From positions 20,964-84,963 of the forward strand of contig CADASF010000006.1 in NCBI GenBank assembly GCA_902790465.1: a stretch of 64,000 bases of DNA, given 5' to 3'. The stretch is from an uncultured bacterium. GTDB taxonomy: Bacteria; Vulcanimicrobiota; CADAWZ01. Within the stretch, counting starts at the first letter, position 1; each line of letters opens with the position of its first letter. Below are positions 18,989 through 27,845 of the stretch, piece by piece. The position numbers and the translations under genes were made by a program. The notes below the pieces were generated by a model that worked only from the letters and a program-made list of their open reading frames with translations, ran no database searches and was not told the DNA's origin.

Positions 18989-19367
18989 TTTAACTCTTTT
19001 TGCTATTTAATTAATATTTTAAAATACACTCGAATAGCCTATATTTAGAAGCGATGTCATTGCGAGGGAGCTGTGCGACCGTGGCAATCTCAACCGCTTA
19101 ATTTAAATTTAGTAATTTATTGAATAGATTAGGCAGAAATTGAGTAAATATAGGCGATCGACTCAATTTTTAAGTAAATAATAATTTACAGGCTTAGATT
19201 GCTGGGCTTCCCCCTCGTGAGGATATTTTTTTAAAAACTCGTTAGAGTTTTTAACTATTTCCAAGCCTCGCAATGACAAAGTGGCAGTAAATAGCCATAT
19301 ATTGGATAGTTTATAGCAACTTTTTATTTACTTATTTTTTTAATAAATAGCACAACGAGTTAATTTA
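18989..19367. repeat. Palindromic REPIN-like element with two inverted GTCATTGCGAG REPs, right flank of CRISPR locus
   Basis: REP at 19056-19089 identical to 16463-16496; inverted REP ending CTCGCAATGAC near 19277; ends TTAACTC...GAGTTAA. Confidence 0.75.
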
Positions 19368-19458
19368 AGTATTTTTAAAGAGGAGAAAAAAGCATTCACA
19401 AAATTGGCTATTGGATAGTTTATCAACATGTCATAATAAGAACAAATTAATAAGAATA

Positions 19459-19502
19459 AAAAAAATCTCTATTTTGAAATATTTCAAAATAGAGATTTTT
19501 TT
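19459..19502. terminator. Bidirectional terminator (perfect palindrome)
   Basis: aaaaaaatctctattttgaaat|atttcaaaatagagattttttt. Confidence 0.75.
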
Positions 19503-19518
19503 GTACTTATTTGCTGCT

Positions 19519-20382
19519 TTACTTTAAATTAAGTGCTAATGGTGGTCTTGAAGTTGTTGACAATATTAGTTTTGCAGGTTCAGATTCCTGTGGAACTTCA
19601 AAAACTATATATCCAAAGTTTGAACCACCTGGTCTTAAAACTACGAGCCAAAAATTGCTAAGACCTTCGCTATATTCATAAATTCTTTGCTTGTTGTCCA
19701 TCAATGCAAATTTTCCTGTATAAATTTGTACTTCATCAGAGACATTTTGCTGTGATAAATGAACTATAACAAATTTATTTGAAGGGTTTGAGACACTCTG
19801 TGCTTTTACTTGATCTTTATTTTCGACATTTGTAACAGCAACTTTAAAAACATCATTTTCACCAACTACTGGTATAAAAGGTTCTTCAATAAATCCACCT
19901 GCTGGTGCTTTAATAGCTACTGTATTTGATTTAATATTACTGCTTTTTGGTATTGAAGCAGTTTTTATCAATTTTGTATTTCCCATAAATGAAGCTATAT
20001 TTGATGAATTTGCTTCATAAGAATATATGACACTTTGACTTTTTCCATCATATATTGAAGCTATTCCTGTGCAGTTTGCTATTTCATAATATGGAATATA
20101 TATTGTACTTCTATATCTAATCGCTTTACCTACTACATTTTTGCCATTTATAATGATTCTTTTCTGACGAGGATTCCATTTACAAGATTTACCAAGAGCA
20201 TTTGTTACTGATTTAACTGGTACATATACAGTACCTTTGTTTATTATTCCAGTACCTACTGAATTATTTCCAACAATTACATTTACTGTTTTTATTTGGG
20301 TATATCCTGGGGTACAGAAAAGAAAAATGGATATAAGTAAGGATAATGTCAAAAATGTAGTTTTATTCATTATTTTTGCCAT
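19519..20382 (-). CDS. Exported protein: copper-amine-oxidase-like N-terminal domain plus DUF4352-like domain
   Basis: Signal peptide, GTVYVPVKSVTNALG, LRPGGSNFGYIVFEVP. Confidence 0.7.
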   Translation of the reverse strand: MAKIMNKTTFLTLSLLISIFLFCTPGYTQIKTVNVIVGNNSVGTGIINKGTVYVPVKSVTNALGKSCKWNPRQKRIIINGKNVVGKAIRYRSTIYIPYYEIANCTGIASIYDGKSQSVIYSYEANSSNIASFMGNTKLIKTASIPKSSNIKSNTVAIKAPAGGFIEEPFIPVVGENDVFKVAVTNVENKDQVKAQSVSNPSNKFVIVHLSQQNVSDEVQIYTGKFALMDNKQRIYEYSEGLSNFWLVVLRPGGSNFGYIVFEVPQESEPAKLILSTTSRPPLALNLK

Positions 20383-20447
20383 AAAAACTCCATCCTTAAT
20401 TTTTTTTTACCCCTCTTTTAAATTTTTTTGGGGTATATTTTCCTTTT

Positions 20448-21716
20448 TTATTTAACACCTGTTAAAAGATCTTTTGAAATGTCAGCAGCTCTATTGAGTG
20501 CTTCTTCTGGTTCTTCTACATTTGAAACAGCATCGAATAATGCGTCACTTATCAATCCTCTTATAGATTCCCAAGCAGATGTACGAGGTTGAGTAACTCC
20601 GTATTTCAACTCTTCCATTCCAACTTTATATCCTGGAAATTTTTCAACATATTTTTTATATATTGGGCTGTTATATGTTGAATATCTAACTGGGAGATAG
20701 CCTGTTTTCATTGCAAGTTCTGCATTATTTTCTGTGTTTGTAAGATACTTTATTAATTTCCAAGAAGCAAGTTTCTTAGTTTCATCTTTTGAGAAAATAG
20801 CAAGATTTGTTCCTGCACATTGTACTGCCTTTGATGTTCCTGAAGGTAATGTTGCTACACCAGAATGAAATTTACATTTATTTTTTACATCTTCTATTCT
20901 TGCACTTGTTTCAATAGTAAATGCGGCATTTCCATCTAAGAACTCTTTATATGAATTAAAAGTCGGTTTACCTGCTTTTCCATCAACTGCATTTGCAAGT
21001 TCTGTCCAATACTTTAGAGCTTCAACACCTATATTGTCATTAAAAGTTGGTTTATTGTCTTTTATAAAAGAACCATTATTAGAATAGATTAAATGTCCTA
21101 TTGCATCTACGACTGGAGTGTAGATTATTCCATATTTAGAAGAATCTGATTGAGCAATTTTTATAGAGGCTTCTTTTAATTCTTTCCAAGTTTTTGGAAC
21201 TTTAACTCCGTATTTGTCAAGAATATCTTTATTGTAATATAGAACAAAAACGCTTTTATTAAAAGGTATTGTCCACATAACTCCATTATATGAACATGCA
21301 TTTTTAAATAAAGGAATAAAATCTTTTTTGTCAGCCTCGGTCATAGCATAAGGGGTATTATCAAAATGAGAAAATGGTGTTATTGCATTTATCTCTACAA
21401 ATTGGGTTGTCCAATTTTCATAAACCTGTGATATATCAGGTTGTTTTCCTTCTGCAAGTCCTTGTATAAGTTGACGATAAAGACAAGAATAATTGTTTCC
21501 GTAAAGTCGTAAATCAGGAGTTGATATTGCTTTTGTATTTACAATTATGTCAGGATTTTCCTTCATAAAATTAGCTGTCAATTTATCAACTACTTCTTTT
21601 TTCTCGCCTCTCATAGCATGCCAAAGTTCTATAGTAACTTTTTCTTTTGCAAAAATAGGCATGGCAGTTATAACTAACAAACATAAACAGAAAAAGAAAG
21701 CAAATACTTTTTTCAA
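20448..21716 (-). CDS. ABC transporter substrate-binding protein (UgpB/carbohydrate family)
   Basis: TIELWHAM, PDISQVY, IPFNKSVFVLYYNKD, TGYLPVR; TTG start after AAGGAGG. Confidence 0.85.
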   Translation of the reverse strand: MKKVFAFFFCLCLLVITAMPIFAKEKVTIELWHAMRGEKKEVVDKLTANFMKENPDIIVNTKAISTPDLRLYGNNYSCLYRQLIQGLAEGKQPDISQVYENWTTQFVEINAITPFSHFDNTPYAMTEADKKDFIPLFKNACSYNGVMWTIPFNKSVFVLYYNKDILDKYGVKVPKTWKELKEASIKIAQSDSSKYGIIYTPVVDAIGHLIYSNNGSFIKDNKPTFNDNIGVEALKYWTELANAVDGKAGKPTFNSYKEFLDGNAAFTIETSARIEDVKNKCKFHSGVATLPSGTSKAVQCAGTNLAIFSKDETKKLASWKLIKYLTNTENNAELAMKTGYLPVRYSTYNSPIYKKYVEKFPGYKVGMEELKYGVTQPRTSAWESIRGLISDALFDAVSNVEEPEEALNRAADISKDLLTGVK

Positions 21717-21762
21717 TTAACTTTTCCTCCTTAATCAGTCCTGAAAAAAGACTCTAATTTTT

Positions 21763-22719
21763 TTACCCATGTATTAAGTCAATAGCTAATGGTGGCTGAT
21801 TTAAGGCATTCAATATAAGTTTAGAAGCTCTAGAACTTTTTGGTACTTCAAAAACCAAATAGCCGTAATTTACTCCACCTGGTTTTAAAATTGAAAGCCA
21901 ATAATTACTCAGTCCTTCCATATAATCATATATATGAGAATTTTCATCTGAAAGAGTGAATTTTCCTGTATAAATTTGAACATCTGAAGAAATATTTTGT
22001 TGGGAAACATAGATGACAAAATATTTATTTCCTGCTGAAGCATTATATCTGTTTTTTATAACAGAAATTTCTTCCATGTCTGTTACTGTTACAGAAAAAA
22101 CAGAATTTTTTCCGCTTTTCTGAGCAAAAGCTCCTTTTGATTGAATTGCTGGAATATTTGTCATATATGTTGACAACTTACTTTCAGGTGAAGGAACTCC
22201 AGAATATGAAACATTTCTTGGAAGTTTTAGTCCTTCTGCCAAAGTTCCTTTTGCTCCTACAGGTCTTATTGTATTTTTTGGATTTGATTTGGCATTACTT
22301 GAAGGATATACAGTTGTCAGATCATCATCTATTGAATTGCTTTTATTTGCAACATTATTAAAGGGCATGTTACCTACAGATAAATATAAATCTCTTGTCT
22401 GTTTATTATATTTTATTGCTCCTCCAAATGTATTGGCAACTTCTTTTGCAGAAGCATATATTATTCCATTTCTTCTTACAAATTGTGAAATTTGTACTCC
22501 ATTGAATATTACTATACGAGAAGAAGGAAACCAAGCGACATAAGTTCCAAGTTTTTCAGCTACAACTTCAAGAGGTATATAAGCTGTTCCATTAGATAAT
22601 ATAATTTTGCTTCCTGTGTCATTTCTGTTTATAAATAACTTTTCTGCGGCTTCAATTTTAGAAAAACTTAATAATGTAATTAATATTCCAAATATTAGAA
22701 CCGCTAAATTCCGATTCAT
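21763..22719 (-). CDS. Exported protein, paralog of 19519..20382 (DUF4352-like C-terminus)
   Basis: Shares SQQN.S..VQIYTGKF and Y.EGLSN.W motifs; ATG 22719 after GGAGGT. Confidence 0.7.
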   Translation of the reverse strand: MNRNLAVLIFGILITLLSFSKIEAAEKLFINRNDTGSKIILSNGTAYIPLEVVAEKLGTYVAWFPSSRIVIFNGVQISQFVRRNGIIYASAKEVANTFGGAIKYNKQTRDLYLSVGNMPFNNVANKSNSIDDDLTTVYPSSNAKSNPKNTIRPVGAKGTLAEGLKLPRNVSYSGVPSPESKLSTYMTNIPAIQSKGAFAQKSGKNSVFSVTVTDMEEISVIKNRYNASAGNKYFVIYVSQQNISSDVQIYTGKFTLSDENSHIYDYMEGLSNYWLSILKPGGVNYGYLVFEVPKSSRASKLILNALNQPPLAIDLIHG

Positions 22720-22976
22720 ATTTTTACCTCCTTTTGTATTCATTTCATATTATTTGATATTATTATAATCTATATCTTTTACAGAATTGTTACAATTTTT
22801 AGTAAATTTTATATTTTTTGTAAATTTTTTATTACATATATTAAAATTTTTTTAAATTATTAAAAAAGAGGAAAAGAATAACAAATATTTAAAATATATT
22901 TTTTTAAAAATAGTTGATATTTTTTTTTTGATGTTGTATAATTACAAAGCTAATCTTTATATGGGAGCTTTTTTTT

Positions 22977-23990
22977 ATGGAACCCGGCGAAGCCGAATTT
23001 AAGGAAAGATTCTCTCTTGTAGGGAGCAATGTCAAAATTTTTTCGGGAAATGCCCATCCACGGCTTGCTTATGATATATGCCGTTATTTGGGACTCCCAT
23101 TGGGTAGATCACTTGCTTCAACTTTTCAAAATGGTGAGACTCGTGTAAAAATTGAAGAGACAGTAAGAGGAAAAGATGTATATATTGTACAGCCTATCTG
23201 TGGAAGAGTAAATGACAGTCTTGTCGAACTACTCTTGATGATAGATGCTGTTGCAAGGGCATCTGTCAAAAAAGTAACTGCCATAATACCATATTATGGC
23301 TATGAAAAACAGGAGAAAAAAACTTCTGGAAGAGAGCCTATAGCTGCAAAATTATTTGCAAATATATACACAGTTGCTGGAGTAAACAGAATTATAACAG
23401 TTGATTTACATTCAGCAGCTATACAGGGATTTTTTGATATACCTGTTGACAATTTGACTTTTTTCCCATTGTTGTTTAACTATTTTGAGAAAAAATTAAA
23501 AGGCGAAGATATTGTTGTTGTATCACCTGATTCTGGAGGTGTTTCAAGGGCAAAAGTATTTGCAGATCAGATGAGAGCTTCACTTGCTATTATTTTCAAG
23601 AGAAGAAATAGACCCGACCAAGTCGAAGCTATTGATTTTATCGGAGATGTAAAAGGTAAAACTGCCATTATAATAGATGACATGATATCTACTGGTGGGA
23701 CTTTAATTCAAGCATCGAGAATATTAAAGCAAAATGGAGCTGAAAGAATTTTTGCTTGTGCCACACATCCTTTATTGGCAGGAAGTGCGATAAAGGATAT
23801 TGAAAATTCTGATATTGAAGAAGTTGTTGTTGCAGATACTGTGCCACTTCCTATTGAAGCACAGAGAGGAAAATTTTTGTATTTGTCCGTTGCGCCTCTT
23901 ATAGCAGAGTCTGTAAGGCGCGTTCATTATAATTTATCGGTAAGTATGCTTTTTGACTGGAGGAAAAAATATGAAGCAAATAGCGATTGA
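22977..23990 (+). CDS. prs: Ribose-phosphate pyrophosphokinase
   Basis: FSGNAHP, PYYGY, DLHSAAIQGFFD, VSPDSGG, DDMISTGGT. Confidence 0.95.
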   Translation: MEPGEAEFKERFSLVGSNVKIFSGNAHPRLAYDICRYLGLPLGRSLASTFQNGETRVKIEETVRGKDVYIVQPICGRVNDSLVELLLMIDAVARASVKKVTAIIPYYGYEKQEKKTSGREPIAAKLFANIYTVAGVNRIITVDLHSAAIQGFFDIPVDNLTFFPLLFNYFEKKLKGEDIVVVSPDSGGVSRAKVFADQMRASLAIIFKRRNRPDQVEAIDFIGDVKGKTAIIIDDMISTGGTLIQASRILKQNGAERIFACATHPLLAGSAIKDIENSDIEEVVVADTVPLPIEAQRGKFLYLSVAPLIAESVRRVHYNLSVSMLFDWRKKYEANSD

Positions 23991-24603
23991 AGCAAAGAAA
24001 AGAGAAATGGGTAAAAAAGAAAGAAACATCATTCGCAAGGAAGGCGGAATTCCATGTGTTGTTTACGGAAAAGATATAACATCTTTTTGTATTTCTGTAA
24101 ATGAAAGAACATTTGAAAAAGAACTTCATGCCCATGGAATGAATGCACTTTTTAATTTGGTTATAGACAAAGACCAATATACAGCAATGATTGCTGAAAT
24201 TCAGAGAGAACCATTGTCAAAGAAGATTAAACACATTGATTTCCACAAAGTAGCTCTTGATACAGCTGTTACAGCAACTGTTCCTGTACATCTCGATGGA
24301 GATTGCAAAGGTGTAAGAGAAGGTGCTATATTAGAACAACTTATGTGGGAAATTGAAATTGAAGCTCTTCCATTGAATGTTCCAGACCATATCGTAGTTG
24401 ATGTAACAAATCTTGGTCTTGGCGAAGAATTAAAGGTAGCTGAATTAAAGGCTCCAGAGGGTGTTTCTTTTGTATCTCCTGCTGATGAAGTAGTAGTAAT
24501 TGCTGCAAAACCAAAGAAGGAAGAAGAAGAGACAACTGAGACAGCTGAAGCAACAGCTGAGCCACAGGTTATCAAAAAAGGCAAAGAAGAAGAGGAAAAA
24601 TAA
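23971..24603 (+). CDS. rplY: 50S ribosomal protein L25/Ctc
   Basis: IPCVVYG, HIDF, GVREGAILEQ, acidic tail EPQVIKKGK; ATG 23971 after GGAGG. Confidence 0.92.
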   Translation: MKQIAIEAKKREMGKKERNIIRKEGGIPCVVYGKDITSFCISVNERTFEKELHAHGMNALFNLVIDKDQYTAMIAEIQREPLSKKIKHIDFHKVALDTAVTATVPVHLDGDCKGVREGAILEQLMWEIEIEALPLNVPDHIVVDVTNLGLGEELKVAELKAPEGVSFVSPADEVVVIAAKPKKEEEETTETAEATAEPQVIKKGKEEEEK

Positions 24604-24622
24604 TAACTTTTCTACAGAATGT

Positions 24623-24666
24623 AAAAAAACGGTGTTGGAAAATTTTTCAACACCGTTTTTTTTTTT
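24623..24666 (+). terminator. Rho-independent terminator
   Basis: aaaaaaacggtgttg...caacaccgttttttttttt. Confidence 0.85.
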
Positions 24667-24852
24667 GTTATGAGCGTATTTTCTTAGGAACTTTACACGC
24701 CCTCATATTTTTGAAAATTACATTTAAAATCACTACAACAAGATAAAACAGGAAAATTACATATACACAAAGAAGTAATATAAGCAATGCCATGAGTTTT
24801 ATTTGTGGCATTGCTTTTTTATTAATGATAATAATGAGGTAAAATTTTATAT

Positions 24853-26376
24853 ATGTATATGAATGCTATTGCTGTAGGAGTAACAGCAGGGGTATCTGAA
24901 ACAGCACAACAACAAGTTAAAGCTGGTGATTTAGTAACAAATATAATAATGCTTGGAATTCTTGCTGTTGTTATATTGATATATTTTTTGAATAATCCAC
25001 TAAAACACTCTAAAGATTTTCGTATTCGCTGTTTTTTAAATTGGTTTCCACTTGGTTTGACTTATGCCTTTTTGTATATGGCAAGGTATAATTTAACAGT
25101 TGTAAAAGGTTCTCTTGGAAATCTCCTTTCCAATCAAAATTTTGGAGATATTTTTGGTATTGGCTCAGTTATCTATGGCTGTGCCTTTCTTATTAATGGA
25201 CCACTTACCGAAAAAATAGGTGGAAAAAAGGCAATAATGATAGGTTCTGCTGGTTCTGCATTGATGAATATATTGATGGGAATCTGTCTTTTCCAAGTTA
25301 TGAATAAAAATTGGACAGTAAATGTCCTTGTTGTGTCATTCATGATTTTATACGCACTTAATATGTATTTTCAGAGTTTTGGTGCTGTAGCAGTTGTCAA
25401 AGTTAATTCACAATGGTTTAATATCAAAGAAAGAGGAGTTTTAGGAGGTATATTTGGAACTCTTATTTCTTTGGGATTGTTCTATGCTTTTAATTGGGGA
25501 AGTATGATTGCAGAAGCTACAAAGGCAAAACCAGATGATATTGGTATTATGGAATTGTGGCTCAGAAATATTTTAAATATACATGGTGAAATAGATCAGC
25601 TTTGGTATGTATTTTTTATTCCTGCCATTATTTTGGCAGTGTTTTTCTTTATAATACTTTTTTTGATAAAAGATTCACCAGAAGAGGCGGGATTTCCAAA
25701 TTTTGAACTTGGAGATGCCTCTGAAAATGAAAATAGCGAAGAAGTACATGGTTTGGCTCTCATTAAAAAACTGCTCACTAATCCAATAATATTGACTATT
25801 GCATGTATTGAGTTCTGTTCAGGTATTTTGAGACAGAGTGTAATGCACTGGTATCAATTATTTGTTAAATTTTATTCCGCTAAACCAGATTTTGTTGAAA
25901 TCTTTAAACCTGCCGAATTTTTCTGTGATAACTGGGGACTTTTACTCTGTTTTGCAGGAATTATGGGGGGAATGTTCGCTGGATTGATTTCAGATAAATT
26001 ATTTGGTTCAAGAAGAGGACCTTCAGCCGTATTTTTATATGGAATAATGCTTGTCTGTTCTATTATTTTAGCCTGTACACTCCGAGGAAATCAAATTCTT
26101 GTCGGCTGTATTATGTTTATGATGTCTCTTGCTGTAATTGGTGTTCATGGTATGCTCTCTGGTACGGCTACAATGGACTTTGGAGGCAAAAAAGCTGCTG
26201 CTACTGCAACAGGTCTTGTCGATGGCTTTGTCTATTTAGGTACTGGATTCCAAGCATTTGCTCTTGGAAGACTTACAAATATAGACTGGATATACTGGCC
26301 ATTGTTTATGATTCCGTTTGCAATAATTGGATTGATTCTTTCACTCAAAATTTGGAAAGCATTTCCAGGAAAATAA
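24853..26376 (+). CDS. MFS transporter, organophosphate:Pi antiporter (GlpT/UhpC-like)
   Basis: YAFLYMARYN, QWFNIKERG, GLISDKLFGSRRGP, multiple transmembrane helices. Confidence 0.85.
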   Translation: MYMNAIAVGVTAGVSETAQQQVKAGDLVTNIIMLGILAVVILIYFLNNPLKHSKDFRIRCFLNWFPLGLTYAFLYMARYNLTVVKGSLGNLLSNQNFGDIFGIGSVIYGCAFLINGPLTEKIGGKKAIMIGSAGSALMNILMGICLFQVMNKNWTVNVLVVSFMILYALNMYFQSFGAVAVVKVNSQWFNIKERGVLGGIFGTLISLGLFYAFNWGSMIAEATKAKPDDIGIMELWLRNILNIHGEIDQLWYVFFIPAIILAVFFFIILFLIKDSPEEAGFPNFELGDASENENSEEVHGLALIKKLLTNPIILTIACIEFCSGILRQSVMHWYQLFVKFYSAKPDFVEIFKPAEFFCDNWGLLLCFAGIMGGMFAGLISDKLFGSRRGPSAVFLYGIMLVCSIILACTLRGNQILVGCIMFMMSLAVIGVHGMLSGTATMDFGGKKAAATATGLVDGFVYLGTGFQAFALGRLTNIDWIYWPLFMIPFAIIGLILSLKIWKAFPGK

Positions 26377-26394
26377 ATTTTGTGAAAATGATAC

Positions 26395-26434
26395 AAAAAC
26401 AGCGTGCGAAGAATTTTCTTCACACGCTGTTTTT
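26395..26434 (+). terminator. Rho-independent terminator
   Basis: aaaaacagcgtg...cacgctgttttt. Confidence 0.8.
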
Positions 26435-26482
26435 GATTTAGTATTCCTTTCTCAATCTCAATAAAGAAGTGAATTTATAAAA

Positions 26483-26511
26483 AAAACTCCAGTCAAAATC
26501 ACTGGAGTTTT
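26483..26511 (-). terminator. Terminator for the Rpn gene
   Basis: aaaactccagt...actggagtttt with A-tract on the left. Confidence 0.7.
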
Positions 26512-26559
26512 AAACACATTCATTTTTTATGTAAACATTTGTTGAAGGAGACCAGTTTT

Positions 26560-27603
26560 CTATAATGTCAATGCCTTTACATCTGCAAGTTTCAATTTTG
26601 TAAATTTAGCTACATTATCTACTGAAAAACCTTCTTTTAGAAGATTTTTAGCAGTTTCCAAAATGCCCTCAAATTTTGCTTGTTTTGCTTTCTTTTCCGC
26701 TTCTTTTCTTGCTTTTTCTTCAGCTTTTTGTGCTTGTTTAGCCTGTTTTTCCGCTTCTTTTCTTGCTTTTTTTTCGGCTTTTCTTGCTTTTTCTATTTCT
26801 TTTATTTTAGCTTCTGCATCTTTCATAGCTTCTTCTTTAGCTTTTAGTATTTCTTTTTCAAAAAAGTCGAGCATAAATGTTTCTCCCTCCTTTGTTTCTT
26901 TTAAATATTTTACAGGTTCTCTCAATTCTTCGCAGTACATGTCACGATAATCTACACAATGAAGATCGTGCAAAGCTCTCTCAAGTTCTGTTAATCTTTC
27001 TTTTGGAAGACCTTTTTTGCCTTTTAGTGAAGCATTTACATAAATTATATGAGCCCCATCATTAAAAAATTCTCTTCCCTCTACATTGCCATTTTCATCT
27101 TTCCATTCAATATAGCGGTCAACATAATAAATAGTTTTTCCTTTTTTAAAAACATCATGTTCAGTTATGAAAATAATATAACTTTCTGTAAGGTCTTTAT
27201 AGTCTTGCTTTTCTCCAAGATTTTCAGCATCAAAAGTAGCACTATAAAATCGAGCTCTTTTGGGGTCTGCTCCTGCACTAACTCTTTGTATTTCTATATT
27301 GTACCTGATTTTGATTTCTTTTGTAGTCTTTTTTTGAGTTTTAGGATCGATAGCTTCAACAGTTTTTATTTCTTCACCATAAGCGTCAAAAACAGTTATT
27401 TTTCCCCCTGAACTTGTTATTTGGTATTGTCCAACAACATTTGTAATAACAATTTTGTCATTGTTAAGCAATAATCTTATAAGATATTGCATAGGGTTAA
27501 AATCTTTGTTTTTGAGGCAAAGGCTAAAAAATTTGTCAGTGAAAAGAGAAGAATTTTTGAGGAATAGAATCACTTCTTCTCTTTTCAATCCACTTTTAAT
27601 CAT
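26560..27603 (-). CDS. Rpn family PD-(D/E)XK nuclease
   Basis: D...YNIEIQR, KRARFYS, YIIFITEHD, HIIYVN, EA/K coiled repeat, C-terminal helix-turn-helix AKNLLKEG. Confidence 0.85.
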   Translation of the reverse strand: MIKSGLKREEVILFLKNSSLFTDKFFSLCLKNKDFNPMQYLIRLLLNNDKIVITNVVGQYQITSSGGKITVFDAYGEEIKTVEAIDPKTQKKTTKEIKIRYNIEIQRVSAGADPKRARFYSATFDAENLGEKQDYKDLTESYIIFITEHDVFKKGKTIYYVDRYIEWKDENGNVEGREFFNDGAHIIYVNASLKGKKGLPKERLTELERALHDLHCVDYRDMYCEELREPVKYLKETKEGETFMLDFFEKEILKAKEEAMKDAEAKIKEIEKARKAEKKARKEAEKQAKQAQKAEEKARKEAEKKAKQAKFEGILETAKNLLKEGFSVDNVAKFTKLKLADVKALTL

Positions 27604-27845
27604 TGTATTTTTCTCCTTTAATTATATATGAATATAAACAAAGAATCAATAAAATTTATAATATTATTTATCGAGCTATTCATATTGTATTTTTTCATTA
27701 TTACAAATTATAAGTACATATCGTTAAAATTGTGTTAAGTTTGTTAATTTTTTATTAAAGTGTGCTGGTAAAAGGCAAAATAAAATAATTTGGCAAAAAA
27801 AAAGGCGTGCAGTTTATAATCACCGACACGCCTTATTTATTTTCT

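Noticed and set aside
15120-19520. Search for cas genes or remnants next to the array
   Set aside because: No long ORF or recognisable Cas1/Cas2/Cas4/RuvC motif; flanks are short non-coding repeats
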